From positions 640,001 through 704,000 of the forward strand of contig CAWFQB010000001.1 in assembly GCA_963817895.1 (NCBI GenBank): a DNA stretch of 64,000 nt, read 5' to 3'. Of the stretch, positions 21,672 to 30,935 are shown piece after piece (position 1 is the first letter of the stretch; each line of letters begins with the position of its first letter). The position numbers and the translations under genes were made by a program. Origin of the DNA: an uncultured Chthonomonadaceae bacterium (lineage in GTDB: Bacteria > Armatimonadota > Chthonomonadetes > Chthonomonadales > Chthonomonadaceae). The notes under the pieces were generated by a model, which was not told the origin of the DNA, did not search any database, and saw only the letters and a program-made list of their open reading frames with translations.

Positions 21672-22199
21672 TTGCCAACCGACGTTGTTTTTCGCCACAA
21701 CTGCACCATCCTTGACGCTTGCTGTTCCATTAACTTGCACGAGTCGGGCTACTTCGGTGACATCCTCACAAGCATGTCCACGCGCATCGCCATCGCAGAT
21801 TACGTGTTGAACATCGAACTGAAATCAATCAACCTGTTTTCTCTGACCCTGCTGAACTGGTTAGAAGTTGCTACGCTTGACACCGAGAACGAAGAAGAAG
21901 ATGCTCTCCATTTTATGACAGACCCCTTTATGGATGATGGCGAGGCAATTACCGGGGCAATCGCCCTAAATCGCAACTGGGCAATTGCTACGGATGAAGC
22001 GGCAGCTTCTGCGTTTTTCGAGCAGCGGACACCTCAATTACAGATTCTATCCACTCCCGAACTCATCAAGTATTGGGTGGATATTGCAACTCCATCGCCG
22101 GAGGATGTTCGTACAGCTTTACAGAATGTGGAAGTGAAAGGCAGATACAGGCCGCATAGAACACACCGTTTGTACTCCTGGTGGCAGGCGAACAAGTAA
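21672..22199 (+). CDS. PIN-like domain protein
   Basis: ILDACCSINL, MDDGEAITGAIA, IATDEAAA; AGGAG RBS and TTG start. Confidence 0.75.
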   Translation: MPTDVVFRHNCTILDACCSINLHESGYFGDILTSMSTRIAIADYVLNIELKSINLFSLTLLNWLEVATLDTENEEEDALHFMTDPFMDDGEAITGAIALNRNWAIATDEAAASAFFEQRTPQLQILSTPELIKYWVDIATPSPEDVRTALQNVEVKGRYRPHRTHRLYSWWQANK

Positions 22200-22241
22200 G
22201 CTGCTTATTCAGCAAAGCAAGGGCATTGCACATTCATTGAC

Positions 22242-22276
22242 ACAGCCGCCGCGCTCATGAAGAACGCGGCGGCTGT
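22242..22276. terminator. Hairpin between the convergent PIN and sdhB genes
   Basis: acagccgccgcg...cgcggcggctgt. Confidence 0.7.
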
Positions 22277-22306
22277 ATAGCAAGAACCAAAGCAACAAGC
22301 GAACGT

Positions 22307-23131
22307 CTATTTACCCGCCTTGACGGTTTGGGTGATGACGGTAGTTTGCTCGTTGGGGACGCTGTTGAAGGGCTTTTTGGTATCCTTCTTCAAGATACCG
22401 ATGGAACGCAAGAGGCCGCTGATCGGATCGAAGTAATCGTCCACCACGCGCTCTTTGAGTGGAATGATGGCGTTGTCCGTGATGTGGATGTGTTCCGGGC
22501 AGACTTCCGTGCAGCATTTCGTGATGTTGCACATGCCCACGCCGCCCTCGCCCTTTAATTGCTGGCGGCGATTCAGGTCGTCGAGCGGGTGCATTTCCAG
22601 AGCGGCAATGCGAACCATCTGGCGCGGGCCGAAGAAAGCGTCCTTGCGGTCATGTTCGCGCAGAACGTGGCACACGTCCTGACACAGAAAGCACTCGATG
22701 CACTTGCGGAATTCCTGTATCCGCTCCACATCTATCTGCTGCATCTCGAACGGCTTGCCCGCCACATCGGCGCGGGGCTGAAGCGGCGGGATTTTCGTCG
22801 CGACCCGATAGTTCCACGATACGTCTGTGACCAAATCTTTCAGCAGGGGAAACGCCCGCATCGGCCCGACATTGATCGTGCCGCCCGCGAACTCCGGCTC
22901 TTCCACGCGGGTTTTGCACAGCAGGCGCGGCTTGCCGTCAATCTCCGCGCTGCACGAGCCGCATTTCGCCGCCTTGCAGTTCCACCGACAGGCCAGCGTG
23001 GTATCCAGATGCCGCTGTATGTAATGAATCGCGTCCAGCACCACCATGCCCGGCTCGGTCGGCACACTGTACGAAACCATGTCGCCGCCATTGACATCGC
23101 CGCGAAACACGCGCAAAGTTATGTTGTTCAA
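22307..23131 (-). CDS. sdhB: Succinate dehydrogenase/fumarate reductase iron-sulfur subunit
   Basis: CRWNCKAAKCGSC, CIECFLCQDVC, CNITKCCTEVCP. Confidence 0.93.
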   Translation of the reverse strand: MNNITLRVFRGDVNGGDMVSYSVPTEPGMVVLDAIHYIQRHLDTTLACRWNCKAAKCGSCSAEIDGKPRLLCKTRVEEPEFAGGTINVGPMRAFPLLKDLVTDVSWNYRVATKIPPLQPRADVAGKPFEMQQIDVERIQEFRKCIECFLCQDVCHVLREHDRKDAFFGPRQMVRIAALEMHPLDDLNRRQQLKGEGGVGMCNITKCCTEVCPEHIHITDNAIIPLKERVVDDYFDPISGLLRSIGILKKDTKKPFNSVPNEQTTVITQTVKAGK

Positions 23132-23152
23132 ATCAGCCTCCTGCGGAGGGGC

Positions 23153-23265
23153 TAGATACGAGATACGAGATGCGAGATACGAGTAATCATGCTGGTTTGT
23201 ACTGTGGCGCGTTCTTGAATATTAGCAGACACTACTCGTATCTCGTATCTCGTATCTCGTATCTA
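23153..23265. repeat. Inverted pair of (AGATACG)4 heptamer arrays between sdhA and sdhB
   Basis: tagatacgagatacgagatgcgagatacgagt ... actcgtatctcgtatctcgtatctcgtatcta. Confidence 0.9.
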
Positions 23266-23270
23266 AACTC

Positions 23271-25091
23271 CTACTTTCCATACTCATCAATCAACGCCTG
23301 CAAATGGGCGGGCATCGGGGGGAGGGGACGCGCTTCGATGTTCACGTGGTCGCCCCGTTTCGTCGCGATTAGATTGTGCTTGCCCCAGTGGGCGACATCA
23401 GCCTTCATATAGTCCAGACGCCATTGCGCCCCCCGGCTCTCCTTGCGTTCGAGGGCGCAGCGGACAATCACTTCCGAGGCTGTCAGCATGGAGTGCAGGT
23501 CGCGGGCCGCATGCCAGCCGGGATTGTAATAGCGGTCGCCCTCGATGTGCAGATTCTGGGCGCGTTTTTGCAGCGATTGTATTTTCTCCAGCGCGTGCAG
23601 CAATCCCTGTTCCGTCCGCGCGATCATCGCGTTCTGCTGCATCTCTTCCTGAAGTTCCTGATGCACCACATACGGATTTTCGCCCGTCTTGCTTTCCAGC
23701 GGAATCAGCAGGGTATCTATTTCGGCTTCCAGTTGTTCCGCGTCAATATTGCCCTGCGGATGCGAACGGGCGAACGCGGCTGCGGCTTCTCCAGCCCGCT
23801 TGCCGAACACCATGATATCCGAAAGCGAATTGCCGCCCAATCGGTTCGCGCCGTGCAGTCCCGCCGCCACTTCGCCCGCCGCATACAGGCCGGGAACCGT
23901 ACTGGCCGCCGTTTCCGGGTCCGCCGCCACGCCGCCCATCGTGTAGTGGATCGTCGGGTACACTTCCATCGCCTCTTTGGTGATGTCAATGCCGCCGAGC
24001 GCGTGGAACTGCTCGTACATGGAGGGTAATTTGCGCTTGATGTAATCCGCGCCCCGGTGCGTCACATCCAGAAACACGCCCTTGTGCGGACTGCCCCGCC
24101 CCGCTTCCACTTCTTTATAGATACAGCGGGCAACTTCGTCGCGCGGCAGCAGTTCCGGCGGTTTGCGGTTGTTCTGTTTGTCTTCCAGCCAGCGCTCACC
24201 CTCTTCCGGCGTGTCCGCGAACTGTCCCTTGTACCGCTCAGGCATGTATTCGGGGTTGAACATGAACCGCTCGCCCTTGTTATTCTTTAGAACGCCGCCC
24301 TCGCCCCGGACGCCCTCCGTGACCAGAATACCGCGCATCCCGTTGGGATAAATCATGCCAGTCGGGTGGAACTGGATCATCTCCATGTCCTGCAATTCCG
24401 CGCCCGCTTCATACGCCATCATCACGCCGTCGCCCGTACCCTCCCACGAGTTGGACGTGTACATGAACATGCGGCCCCAGCCGCCCGTCGCAAGCACAAT
24501 GGATTTGGCCTTGAACAGCACGAACTTGCCGGTTTCACGGTAATAGCCGAACGCGCCCACAACCCGGTCGCCCTCTTTGAGCAAACGAGTCAGCGTGACT
24601 TCCATGTGAACGCTCATGCCCACGCCAACGGCTTTGTCCTGCAGGGTGCGAATCAGTTCCAGGCCCGTGCGGTCGCCGACATGGTTCAGGCGGCGAAAGC
24701 TATGCCCGCCAAACGGACGCTCGGCAATCAAGCCTTCGGGCGTCCGGTCGAAAACCGCTCCATACTGCTCCAATTCCAGCACGCGCTCCGGGGCTTCGCG
24801 CGCGAAAATCTCTACAGTACGCGGGTTGTTGAGATACGCGCCGCCCTTCATCGTGTCCAAAAAGTGGACTTTCCAGCTATCGGGTTCCTTGCTGCCGTCG
24901 GGGTTCGCCATGTTGCCCAGCGCAGCCGCCACGCCGCCCTCGGCCATGACCGTATGCGCCTTACCCAACAGCGATTTCATCACCACGCCGACCGTACATC
25001 CGGCTTCACGGGCGGCAATCACGGCCCGCAATCCCGCGCCGCCCGCCCCGATGACCAGCACATCATATTCAAACGTATCGTAAGATTCCAT
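23271..25091 (-). CDS. sdhA: Succinate dehydrogenase/fumarate reductase flavoprotein subunit
   Basis: IGAGGAGLRA, KAHTVMAEGG, QFHPTG, HYTMGG, HGANRLGGNSL, RKESRG. Confidence 0.95.
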   Translation of the reverse strand: MESYDTFEYDVLVIGAGGAGLRAVIAAREAGCTVGVVMKSLLGKAHTVMAEGGVAAALGNMANPDGSKEPDSWKVHFLDTMKGGAYLNNPRTVEIFAREAPERVLELEQYGAVFDRTPEGLIAERPFGGHSFRRLNHVGDRTGLELIRTLQDKAVGVGMSVHMEVTLTRLLKEGDRVVGAFGYYRETGKFVLFKAKSIVLATGGWGRMFMYTSNSWEGTGDGVMMAYEAGAELQDMEMIQFHPTGMIYPNGMRGILVTEGVRGEGGVLKNNKGERFMFNPEYMPERYKGQFADTPEEGERWLEDKQNNRKPPELLPRDEVARCIYKEVEAGRGSPHKGVFLDVTHRGADYIKRKLPSMYEQFHALGGIDITKEAMEVYPTIHYTMGGVAADPETAASTVPGLYAAGEVAAGLHGANRLGGNSLSDIMVFGKRAGEAAAAFARSHPQGNIDAEQLEAEIDTLLIPLESKTGENPYVVHQELQEEMQQNAMIARTEQGLLHALEKIQSLQKRAQNLHIEGDRYYNPGWHAARDLHSMLTASEVIVRCALERKESRGAQWRLDYMKADVAHWGKHNLIATKRGDHVNIEARPLPPMPAHLQALIDEYGK

Positions 25092-25134
25092 AAGAGACTG
25101 CCCTGCAAGCGTACAAACGGAAAGAGAATTTAGC

Positions 25135-25164
25135 CGCGAATAAACGCGAATGAACGCGAATGGA
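25135..25164. repeat. Three tandem 10-mers CGCGAAT(A/G)AA upstream of sdhA
   Basis: cgcgaataaa cgcgaatgaa cgcgaatgga. Confidence 0.6.
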
Positions 25165-25357
25165 GTACCTGTATATCATAGCACATCGGCGCGTAATCGC
25201 AAAGTGATAATTTTGGATAGAAATTAGAAGTAGGGCTAATAAGTTGTTCATGGAGAGGAAATACCTCCGCCTGTGCAGAAGAGTACGCCAACTGCATTGC
25301 AGCGCTATTCTCCTGAAATCAATACCGTTCCATTGAGGCAATCTTCACCTTAAAAAG

Positions 25358-25440
25358 AGCGTTCGTAGGGACACAACTTGTTGTGTCCTCCTCCGGTAGA
25401 GGTGAGCGCGGACACAACAAGTTGTGTCCCTACGAACGCT
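25358..25440. repeat. GTAG-type REP doublet (perfect 31-bp inverted repeat)
   Basis: agcgttcGTAGggacacaacttgttgtgtcc and its exact reverse complement at 25410-25440. Confidence 0.9.
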
Positions 25441-25491
25441 TATTGGAACGGTATTGCTCCTAAAACTGGAAACAAGAGGTTATTCACCATT

Positions 25492-27051
25492 ATGAGCGAT
25501 AATTCTAATTTGCAGGATCGCCGGACGTTTTTGCAGGGCGTGGCCGCCAGTGTTGCGGTGTGCGCCGTAGGAGAGATTACAATGGATACACCCGCGCTTG
25601 CGACGGATAGCACTGGCAAACTGCCCCGCGTTCGATTGGAAGCGGCAGGGATCGCGCCCGCCGCCCTGTCCGCCTTTGTGGATGCGGTGAACGCGAAAGT
25701 CGGTGGACTGCACAGCCTGATGCTGCTGCGGCACGGCAAAGTGGCGGCGGAAGCGTGGTGGCAGCCGTATGCGCCCGCGTATCCGCACATGCTGTACTCG
25801 TTGAGCAAGAGTTTCACAAGTACGGCGGTCGGGCTTGCCGTAAGCGAAAAACTTTTCAGCGTGGAAGACAGAATAATGAATTTCTTCCCGGACCAACTGC
25901 CCGCGTCTATCAGCGATAACCTTGCCGCCATGCAGGTAAAGCATCTGCTTACCATGAACACGGGACACGACACGGATGCGACTGGGCCGACAACTGCGCA
26001 GCCGGAGGGGGATTGGGTACGCGGGTTCCTTGCCCTGCCGGTAGAACACGCGCCGGGTTCCAAATTCGTTTACAACAGCGCGGCCACGTATATGCTGTCC
26101 GCCATTGTGCAGAAGACTACCGGCAAAACCGTACTGGAATATCTGACGTCGCGCCTGTTCGTTCCGCTCGGCATTGAGCATCCGACGTGGGAAACGTGTC
26201 CCAAAGGCATCAACACGGGCGGATGGGGTTTGAGCGTGAAAACCGAAGATATTGCCCGCTTCGGCCAAATGTATCTGCAAAAAGGACAGTGGAACGGGCG
26301 GCAGGTCGTGCCTGCAAAATGGGTAGAACAGGCGACAAACAAGCAGGTCCCCAACGGCGACCCGAACGCGGCAAGCGATTGGAGTCAGGGGTACGGCTAC
26401 CAGTTCTGGCGGTGTCGGCACAACGCATTCCGTGGAGATGGGGCGTTCGGCCAGTATTGCGTGGTGATGCCCGATCATGACGCCGTTCTTGCCATCACGA
26501 GCGGCGTGGGCGATATGCAGGCCATTCTGAACGCGGTATGGGATCATCTGTTGCCCGCGATGCAGCCCAAGCCCCTACCGCAAAGCAGCGAGGACAAAGA
26601 TTTGGCGCGTAAACTGAAAGCGCTTGAGATTCCGGTTCCGCCGGGACAGACGACATCCCCCACAGCCGCCCGCATCTCCGGCAAAACGTTCCGGTTTGTG
26701 GACAATCCGCAGAAAATGGAGGCTGTTACGCTCACGTTCGACGCGGAGGGTTGCCATCTGACATTGCGGGATGCAAAGGGCGAACAGCGCATTACGTGCG
26801 GGAGCAGTCAATGGGTGAAGGGAACCGCCCGTCTGGAGGGCGTTCTTTCCAGCAAAATCATCAACAAAGTGGCGGGGCGGGGTACATGGACGCGCGACAA
26901 CACCTACGAGGCGACGCTGTGTTTCTATGAAACGCCCTATACGCAAACCGTCCTTTGCGCGTTTGAGGGCGATCAGGTGACGCTGACCGTTCGCCGTAAT
27001 GTCGGTTTCGGGCCGACCGCGCTGCCGCCACTGGTGGGACATTCTGCTTGA
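25492..27051 (+). CDS. Tat-exported serine hydrolase (beta-lactamase/AmpC fold)
   Basis: DRRTFLQG Tat motif; SLSKS (SxxK); HLLTMNTG; FVYNS; GDGAFGQ. Confidence 0.88.
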   Translation: MSDNSNLQDRRTFLQGVAASVAVCAVGEITMDTPALATDSTGKLPRVRLEAAGIAPAALSAFVDAVNAKVGGLHSLMLLRHGKVAAEAWWQPYAPAYPHMLYSLSKSFTSTAVGLAVSEKLFSVEDRIMNFFPDQLPASISDNLAAMQVKHLLTMNTGHDTDATGPTTAQPEGDWVRGFLALPVEHAPGSKFVYNSAATYMLSAIVQKTTGKTVLEYLTSRLFVPLGIEHPTWETCPKGINTGGWGLSVKTEDIARFGQMYLQKGQWNGRQVVPAKWVEQATNKQVPNGDPNAASDWSQGYGYQFWRCRHNAFRGDGAFGQYCVVMPDHDAVLAITSGVGDMQAILNAVWDHLLPAMQPKPLPQSSEDKDLARKLKALEIPVPPGQTTSPTAARISGKTFRFVDNPQKMEAVTLTFDAEGCHLTLRDAKGEQRITCGSSQWVKGTARLEGVLSSKIINKVAGRGTWTRDNTYEATLCFYETPYTQTVLCAFEGDQVTLTVRRNVGFGPTALPPLVGHSA

Positions 27052-27119
27052 CTTCTATGCCGTTGATTTCTATATCTGTCACTTTGATACCAATAGCGCG
27101 TGAGTAGTTCGTATTGTAC

Positions 27120-27297
27120 TACTCCGTCAAGGGTGAACAGTAGGTAGGGGCGCTGCTTGCTGCGCCCAATATGGCGGATTGCTGCATCTTGGTTGAGGAG
27201 GGTTCATCTCCTGTTGTGAGGAGGGTTCAGCCTTTAAAGGAGGGTTCAGCAAGCAGAACCCCTACAACGTATCCTGCCATTCTACCTTGACGAAGTA
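27120..27297. repeat. GTAG-type REP pair nested in outer inverted repeats (MITE/REPIN-like)
   Basis: GTAGgggcgctgcttgctgcgccc (27144) and gggttcagcaagcagaaccccTAC (to 27265); outer tactccgtcaagg / ccttgacgaagta. Confidence 0.7.
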
Positions 27298-27330
27298 GAG
27301 TGTTCTGATTTACAGGGAAAAAGTTGGTCA

Positions 27331-28038
27331 ATGAAATTTTGGAACATCGTTGTATTATTCGGTGGCTTGCTGACGGTGTGGCTGCAATGCCCCGGCGAGG
27401 GCAGGCAGACAGATTTTATCGATCAGTATCATCGCATTGTTGGAGTAAGGACACCGATACGTCTGCGTGAAATTGTGCCTGGTGTTCGACTGTATGCCGC
27501 GAACGTCTACTGGAATGAATATATAGAGCATACCGGCACTTACCGACGCCTGATACTTGACCGGGGTGGCAGGAAGCAGATCATCACAGACCTGAACCAA
27601 CTGCGCGGCAGTATTAGAATAAGAGATGAACGATCCGCGCTAGGCTATGCCCGGTTGCGCGCGACCCCAAAAACGTTCACTATGTTCAGGCCGTTAGAGG
27701 TCGAGATCATCCCCTACCGCGAACTTGCTCAGATGCCCTCCTACGGTTTGAAAACTGCCGGGAACTTCGAAAGCGACTACCGTGGCAATCCAGGGACTCT
27801 TTCCAATCACCAGTATCGCATCGGAAAGTTTACGCCGCCTCGTGTTCGGCGGATAGCTCAGGGCTTTGTCATCCAACGCTGGACCTACTCGAATGAAGAG
27901 GGGATCTGCTATGTGCAGGAGTTCGTTGGCAAAGATGGAGCCTATAGCCGTCGCGCCCTGAAGAAGGATATGCAGCAGATTCAGAAGAGTTTGCCGGATG
28001 TACAATGGGAACTGCCCGACCCCTTTGGAGTGGAGTAG
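27331..28038 (+). CDS. Hypothetical exported protein
   Basis: 235-aa ORF with hydrophobic N-terminus. Confidence 0.6.
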   Translation: MKFWNIVVLFGGLLTVWLQCPGEGRQTDFIDQYHRIVGVRTPIRLREIVPGVRLYAANVYWNEYIEHTGTYRRLILDRGGRKQIITDLNQLRGSIRIRDERSALGYARLRATPKTFTMFRPLEVEIIPYRELAQMPSYGLKTAGNFESDYRGNPGTLSNHQYRIGKFTPPRVRRIAQGFVIQRWTYSNEEGICYVQEFVGKDGAYSRRALKKDMQQIQKSLPDVQWELPDPFGVE

Positions 28039-28146
28039 GAGAGTACGATACCGCAACATTCGAGGTTTCCAGTAAGGAGGCCGCTCTGCGCTATGCCCGA
28101 CTGCGTACCACCCGAGTATCACACTGATTTTGCGTGGAGTTTTGCC

Positions 28147-29898
28147 ATGTCTGCTGTTCACTACCGCCACCTTTGTAGTTTGTGGATTGCTCTCATTTTC
28201 TTTCCGGCAGCAACTGTCGGAGCGCGGCAGGCCACGTCGCCAAAGCCCGTTACGCCTGCCTACGCTATCACTGAACTGCAAACGCTCGGTACAACCGGCC
28301 TGCAAATGCGCGACACAAGCAGCCTGAAAACGCTCGACCCAACCAGTGAAGCCAATGCCATCAACAACAGGGGGCAAATCGTCGGCTGGACACAAAACGT
28401 ACTCAACCACCACCGCGCTGTTTTGTGGGAAAACGGCGTGGCAATTGCTACCCTGGGAACATTGGGCGGCGCGAGCAGCGAAGCCCTGGCTCTTAACGAC
28501 AACGGCCAGGTTGTCGGCAGGGCGGCCACTGCGGACGGGAAATCCGTCGCGTTTGTGTGGCAGGATTATGTCATGCGGCGGTTAGCTCTGCCTGACAGCG
28601 GCGACAGCGCCGCCACCGGTACCAACGCCAGAGGGCAGATAGTCGGTTATCGCAGTGTCCGCCGCGTGGAAAAGGCAGGCAAGCCGCCGCGAACCCTGCC
28701 TTTTCCGCGCGCCTTTTTATGGCAGCAGGGCCGCATGACCGATTTGTACGAGGTCGGAACCGGCGGGTACAGTTCTGCCGCCGGGATCAATGCTGCGGGC
28801 GAAGTCGTCGGCGTGTCCGCGCCCGGCAACTTGAACAGTGGCGTTTTCGTGTGGACACAACCCGGCAAATGGTACTTCAGTGACTACGCGATTGTTGGAG
28901 GACACCGGGGCGCAGGCGGAAGCGCAATCAATGACGCGGGCGATGTTGTCGGCAGCGGAATGGTAGGAAACGACCGTCAGGATCGTATCCGGTTTCATGC
29001 GTTCCTGCAACCGAGAGGGGGCGCCATTGACCTGGGCGGGTTTGGCGAGGGCAGCAGTCGCGCTCTTGCGCTCAACAACAAAGGGCAAGTTGTCGGAACC
29101 GCCTTTGTGATGCAGGGAAACACCGAGCAGGGGCATCGCGCTTTTCTCTGGCAGAAGGGAATCCTGACCGATCTGAACGATGCCGTCAAAGCTCATTCCG
29201 GCTGGACGCTGAAAGAGGCGCGCGGTATCAATGACAGGGGGCAAATTGTCGGCGTCGGCGCTCACGGACATTGCCGCCGCGCTTTTCTGCTGACGCCCGT
29301 TCCCGCCGCTAATTCCACCCCTGCTCAGGCAGGAACATCTACGCCCCTGCCTGCCGCCAAAACGCCCAATGAAAGATTATATGAAGGCGCAAGCGGGGAC
29401 AACATCGGACTGATGCAGTCCGCCCTGCGTGATGGCGCGAACATCAACGCGCAGTTCGGCATTAAACGCGAATTTGCGCTGATGATAACGGCAAGAGGGA
29501 ACATGGTAGTGAACATGGAAGCATTCGCGTTTGTACTTCGTCAGCATCCTGACGTAAACCTGCGCGATGAGGCGGGGCGCACTGCCTTGAGCGGGCTGAT
29601 TGAAGACGCGGCCAACAGTTACTTTGAAGCTCACAATGACAACGAGAATGAGTTCCAACCGGAGTATATCCGGTTTCCCGACGAGAGGGTGATACGGCTG
29701 CTGATCAACAACGGCGCGAATGTCAACATCCCCGACATCAAAGGCAAAACTGCCTTGCAGTGGGCGCGAATACTTGTCGCCGAAAGTAAGAGCGACTGGA
29801 ACCACGAACAGGCAGAACATTTCGCCCGTCTGCTGCAAAACGCTGGCGCAAAACGTCGCCCTACGCTGGCTAAATCGGACAACCGGACATGGAACTGA
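28147..29898 (+). CDS. Secreted HAF-repeat protein with C-terminal ankyrin-like repeats
   Basis: Repeated A.AIN..GQIVG...HAFLW....DLG units, then GANINA / DVNLRDEAGRTAL / GANVNIPDIKGKTAL. Confidence 0.8.
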   Translation: MSAVHYRHLCSLWIALIFFPAATVGARQATSPKPVTPAYAITELQTLGTTGLQMRDTSSLKTLDPTSEANAINNRGQIVGWTQNVLNHHRAVLWENGVAIATLGTLGGASSEALALNDNGQVVGRAATADGKSVAFVWQDYVMRRLALPDSGDSAATGTNARGQIVGYRSVRRVEKAGKPPRTLPFPRAFLWQQGRMTDLYEVGTGGYSSAAGINAAGEVVGVSAPGNLNSGVFVWTQPGKWYFSDYAIVGGHRGAGGSAINDAGDVVGSGMVGNDRQDRIRFHAFLQPRGGAIDLGGFGEGSSRALALNNKGQVVGTAFVMQGNTEQGHRAFLWQKGILTDLNDAVKAHSGWTLKEARGINDRGQIVGVGAHGHCRRAFLLTPVPAANSTPAQAGTSTPLPAAKTPNERLYEGASGDNIGLMQSALRDGANINAQFGIKREFALMITARGNMVVNMEAFAFVLRQHPDVNLRDEAGRTALSGLIEDAANSYFEAHNDNENEFQPEYIRFPDERVIRLLINNGANVNIPDIKGKTALQWARILVAESKSDWNHEQAEHFARLLQNAGAKRRPTLAKSDNRTWN

Positions 29899-30809
29899 CG
29901 GATTTGCGGATGTTTTGTCATTTGATAGAAACCGGCTCATTTTCGCGGGCAGCGGAGCGCAGTTTCGTGTCGCAGTCCGCCGTCAGTCAGCGTTTGCGGG
30001 CGATGGAGCGCGAGTTCGGGCAAACCCTACTGGATCGGGGCAAGGGCAAAGGGCGCGTGACGCCAACCGAAGCGGGCAAAGTTCTCTATGAGGGAGCCAA
30101 GCCTCTGTTGACGCAGGCGGAGGAACTGGAGATACGCCTGCGCGGGCTGAATGAGGAGGTGGGCGGAACCGTGCGCGTGGCAACCGTATATTCCGTAGGT
30201 CTTCACGCCCTGCCCGGACGCCTGAAGCCGTTTTTGGCCGCGCACCCGAAAGTGAACGTGCATCTGGAATACAGCCAGACGGCGAAAGTGGTTCAGGATG
30301 TGCTTTCGGGGGCGGTAGATGTGGGGATTGTCGCCTGCCCGACCCCGCGTACCGGTATTGAAATCCTGCCGTTCAATTCGGAAACAATGGTCGTGATTTG
30401 CGCCCCCGAACACCCGTTCGCGCAAAAGCAGGAGATTGCTCTGCGCGAATTGGAGGGGCAGTCGTTTATCGCCTTTGATGACGACATTCCCACCCGCGCC
30501 CTGATTGATGAAAAACTGCGGGAACGCAATGTCAAAGTGCAGATCATCACGTCGTATGACAACATCGAAACCCTGAAAAACATGGTGGAAATCGGCAGTG
30601 GCATCGCGCTTGTTCCCGAAGGCACGGTGAAGCAGGAGGCGCGGGACGGGCAAATCGCGGTCATCGCGCTTGTACCGGAAGACCGGTTTCAGCGTCCCGC
30701 CGGCCTGCTCGTGAAAAGCAGCAAAGTGCGCCGCGCCGCCGTCCGCGCCTTTGTCAACACGATGCGTCTGGAAGAAGACGCTTCCTCTGACACAACCGCG
30801 CACCCATGA
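29889..30809 (+). CDS. LysR-family transcriptional regulator
   Basis: LRMFCHLIETGSFSRAAERSFVSQSAVSQRLRAME HTH; LysR substrate-binding domain. Confidence 0.95.
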   Translation: MELTDLRMFCHLIETGSFSRAAERSFVSQSAVSQRLRAMEREFGQTLLDRGKGKGRVTPTEAGKVLYEGAKPLLTQAEELEIRLRGLNEEVGGTVRVATVYSVGLHALPGRLKPFLAAHPKVNVHLEYSQTAKVVQDVLSGAVDVGIVACPTPRTGIEILPFNSETMVVICAPEHPFAQKQEIALRELEGQSFIAFDDDIPTRALIDEKLRERNVKVQIITSYDNIETLKNMVEIGSGIALVPEGTVKQEARDGQIAVIALVPEDRFQRPAGLLVKSSKVRRAAVRAFVNTMRLEEDASSDTTAHP

Positions 30810-30935
30810 AATCAGTCTGCGTCCGCAGCTTTAAGGCTGAACAACCAGGCGTGAAGTTGCGCAAAAGCGTTATTTTTGATTTGCCAGCCACGCTTCGACA
30901 TCGGCCCACGCGCCAAAGTCGAACAAATTGGGTCT

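Noticed and set aside
25378..25491. N-terminal extension of the serine hydrolase ORF
   Set aside because: Derived from the REP doublet; the RBS and Tat signal point to ATG 25492
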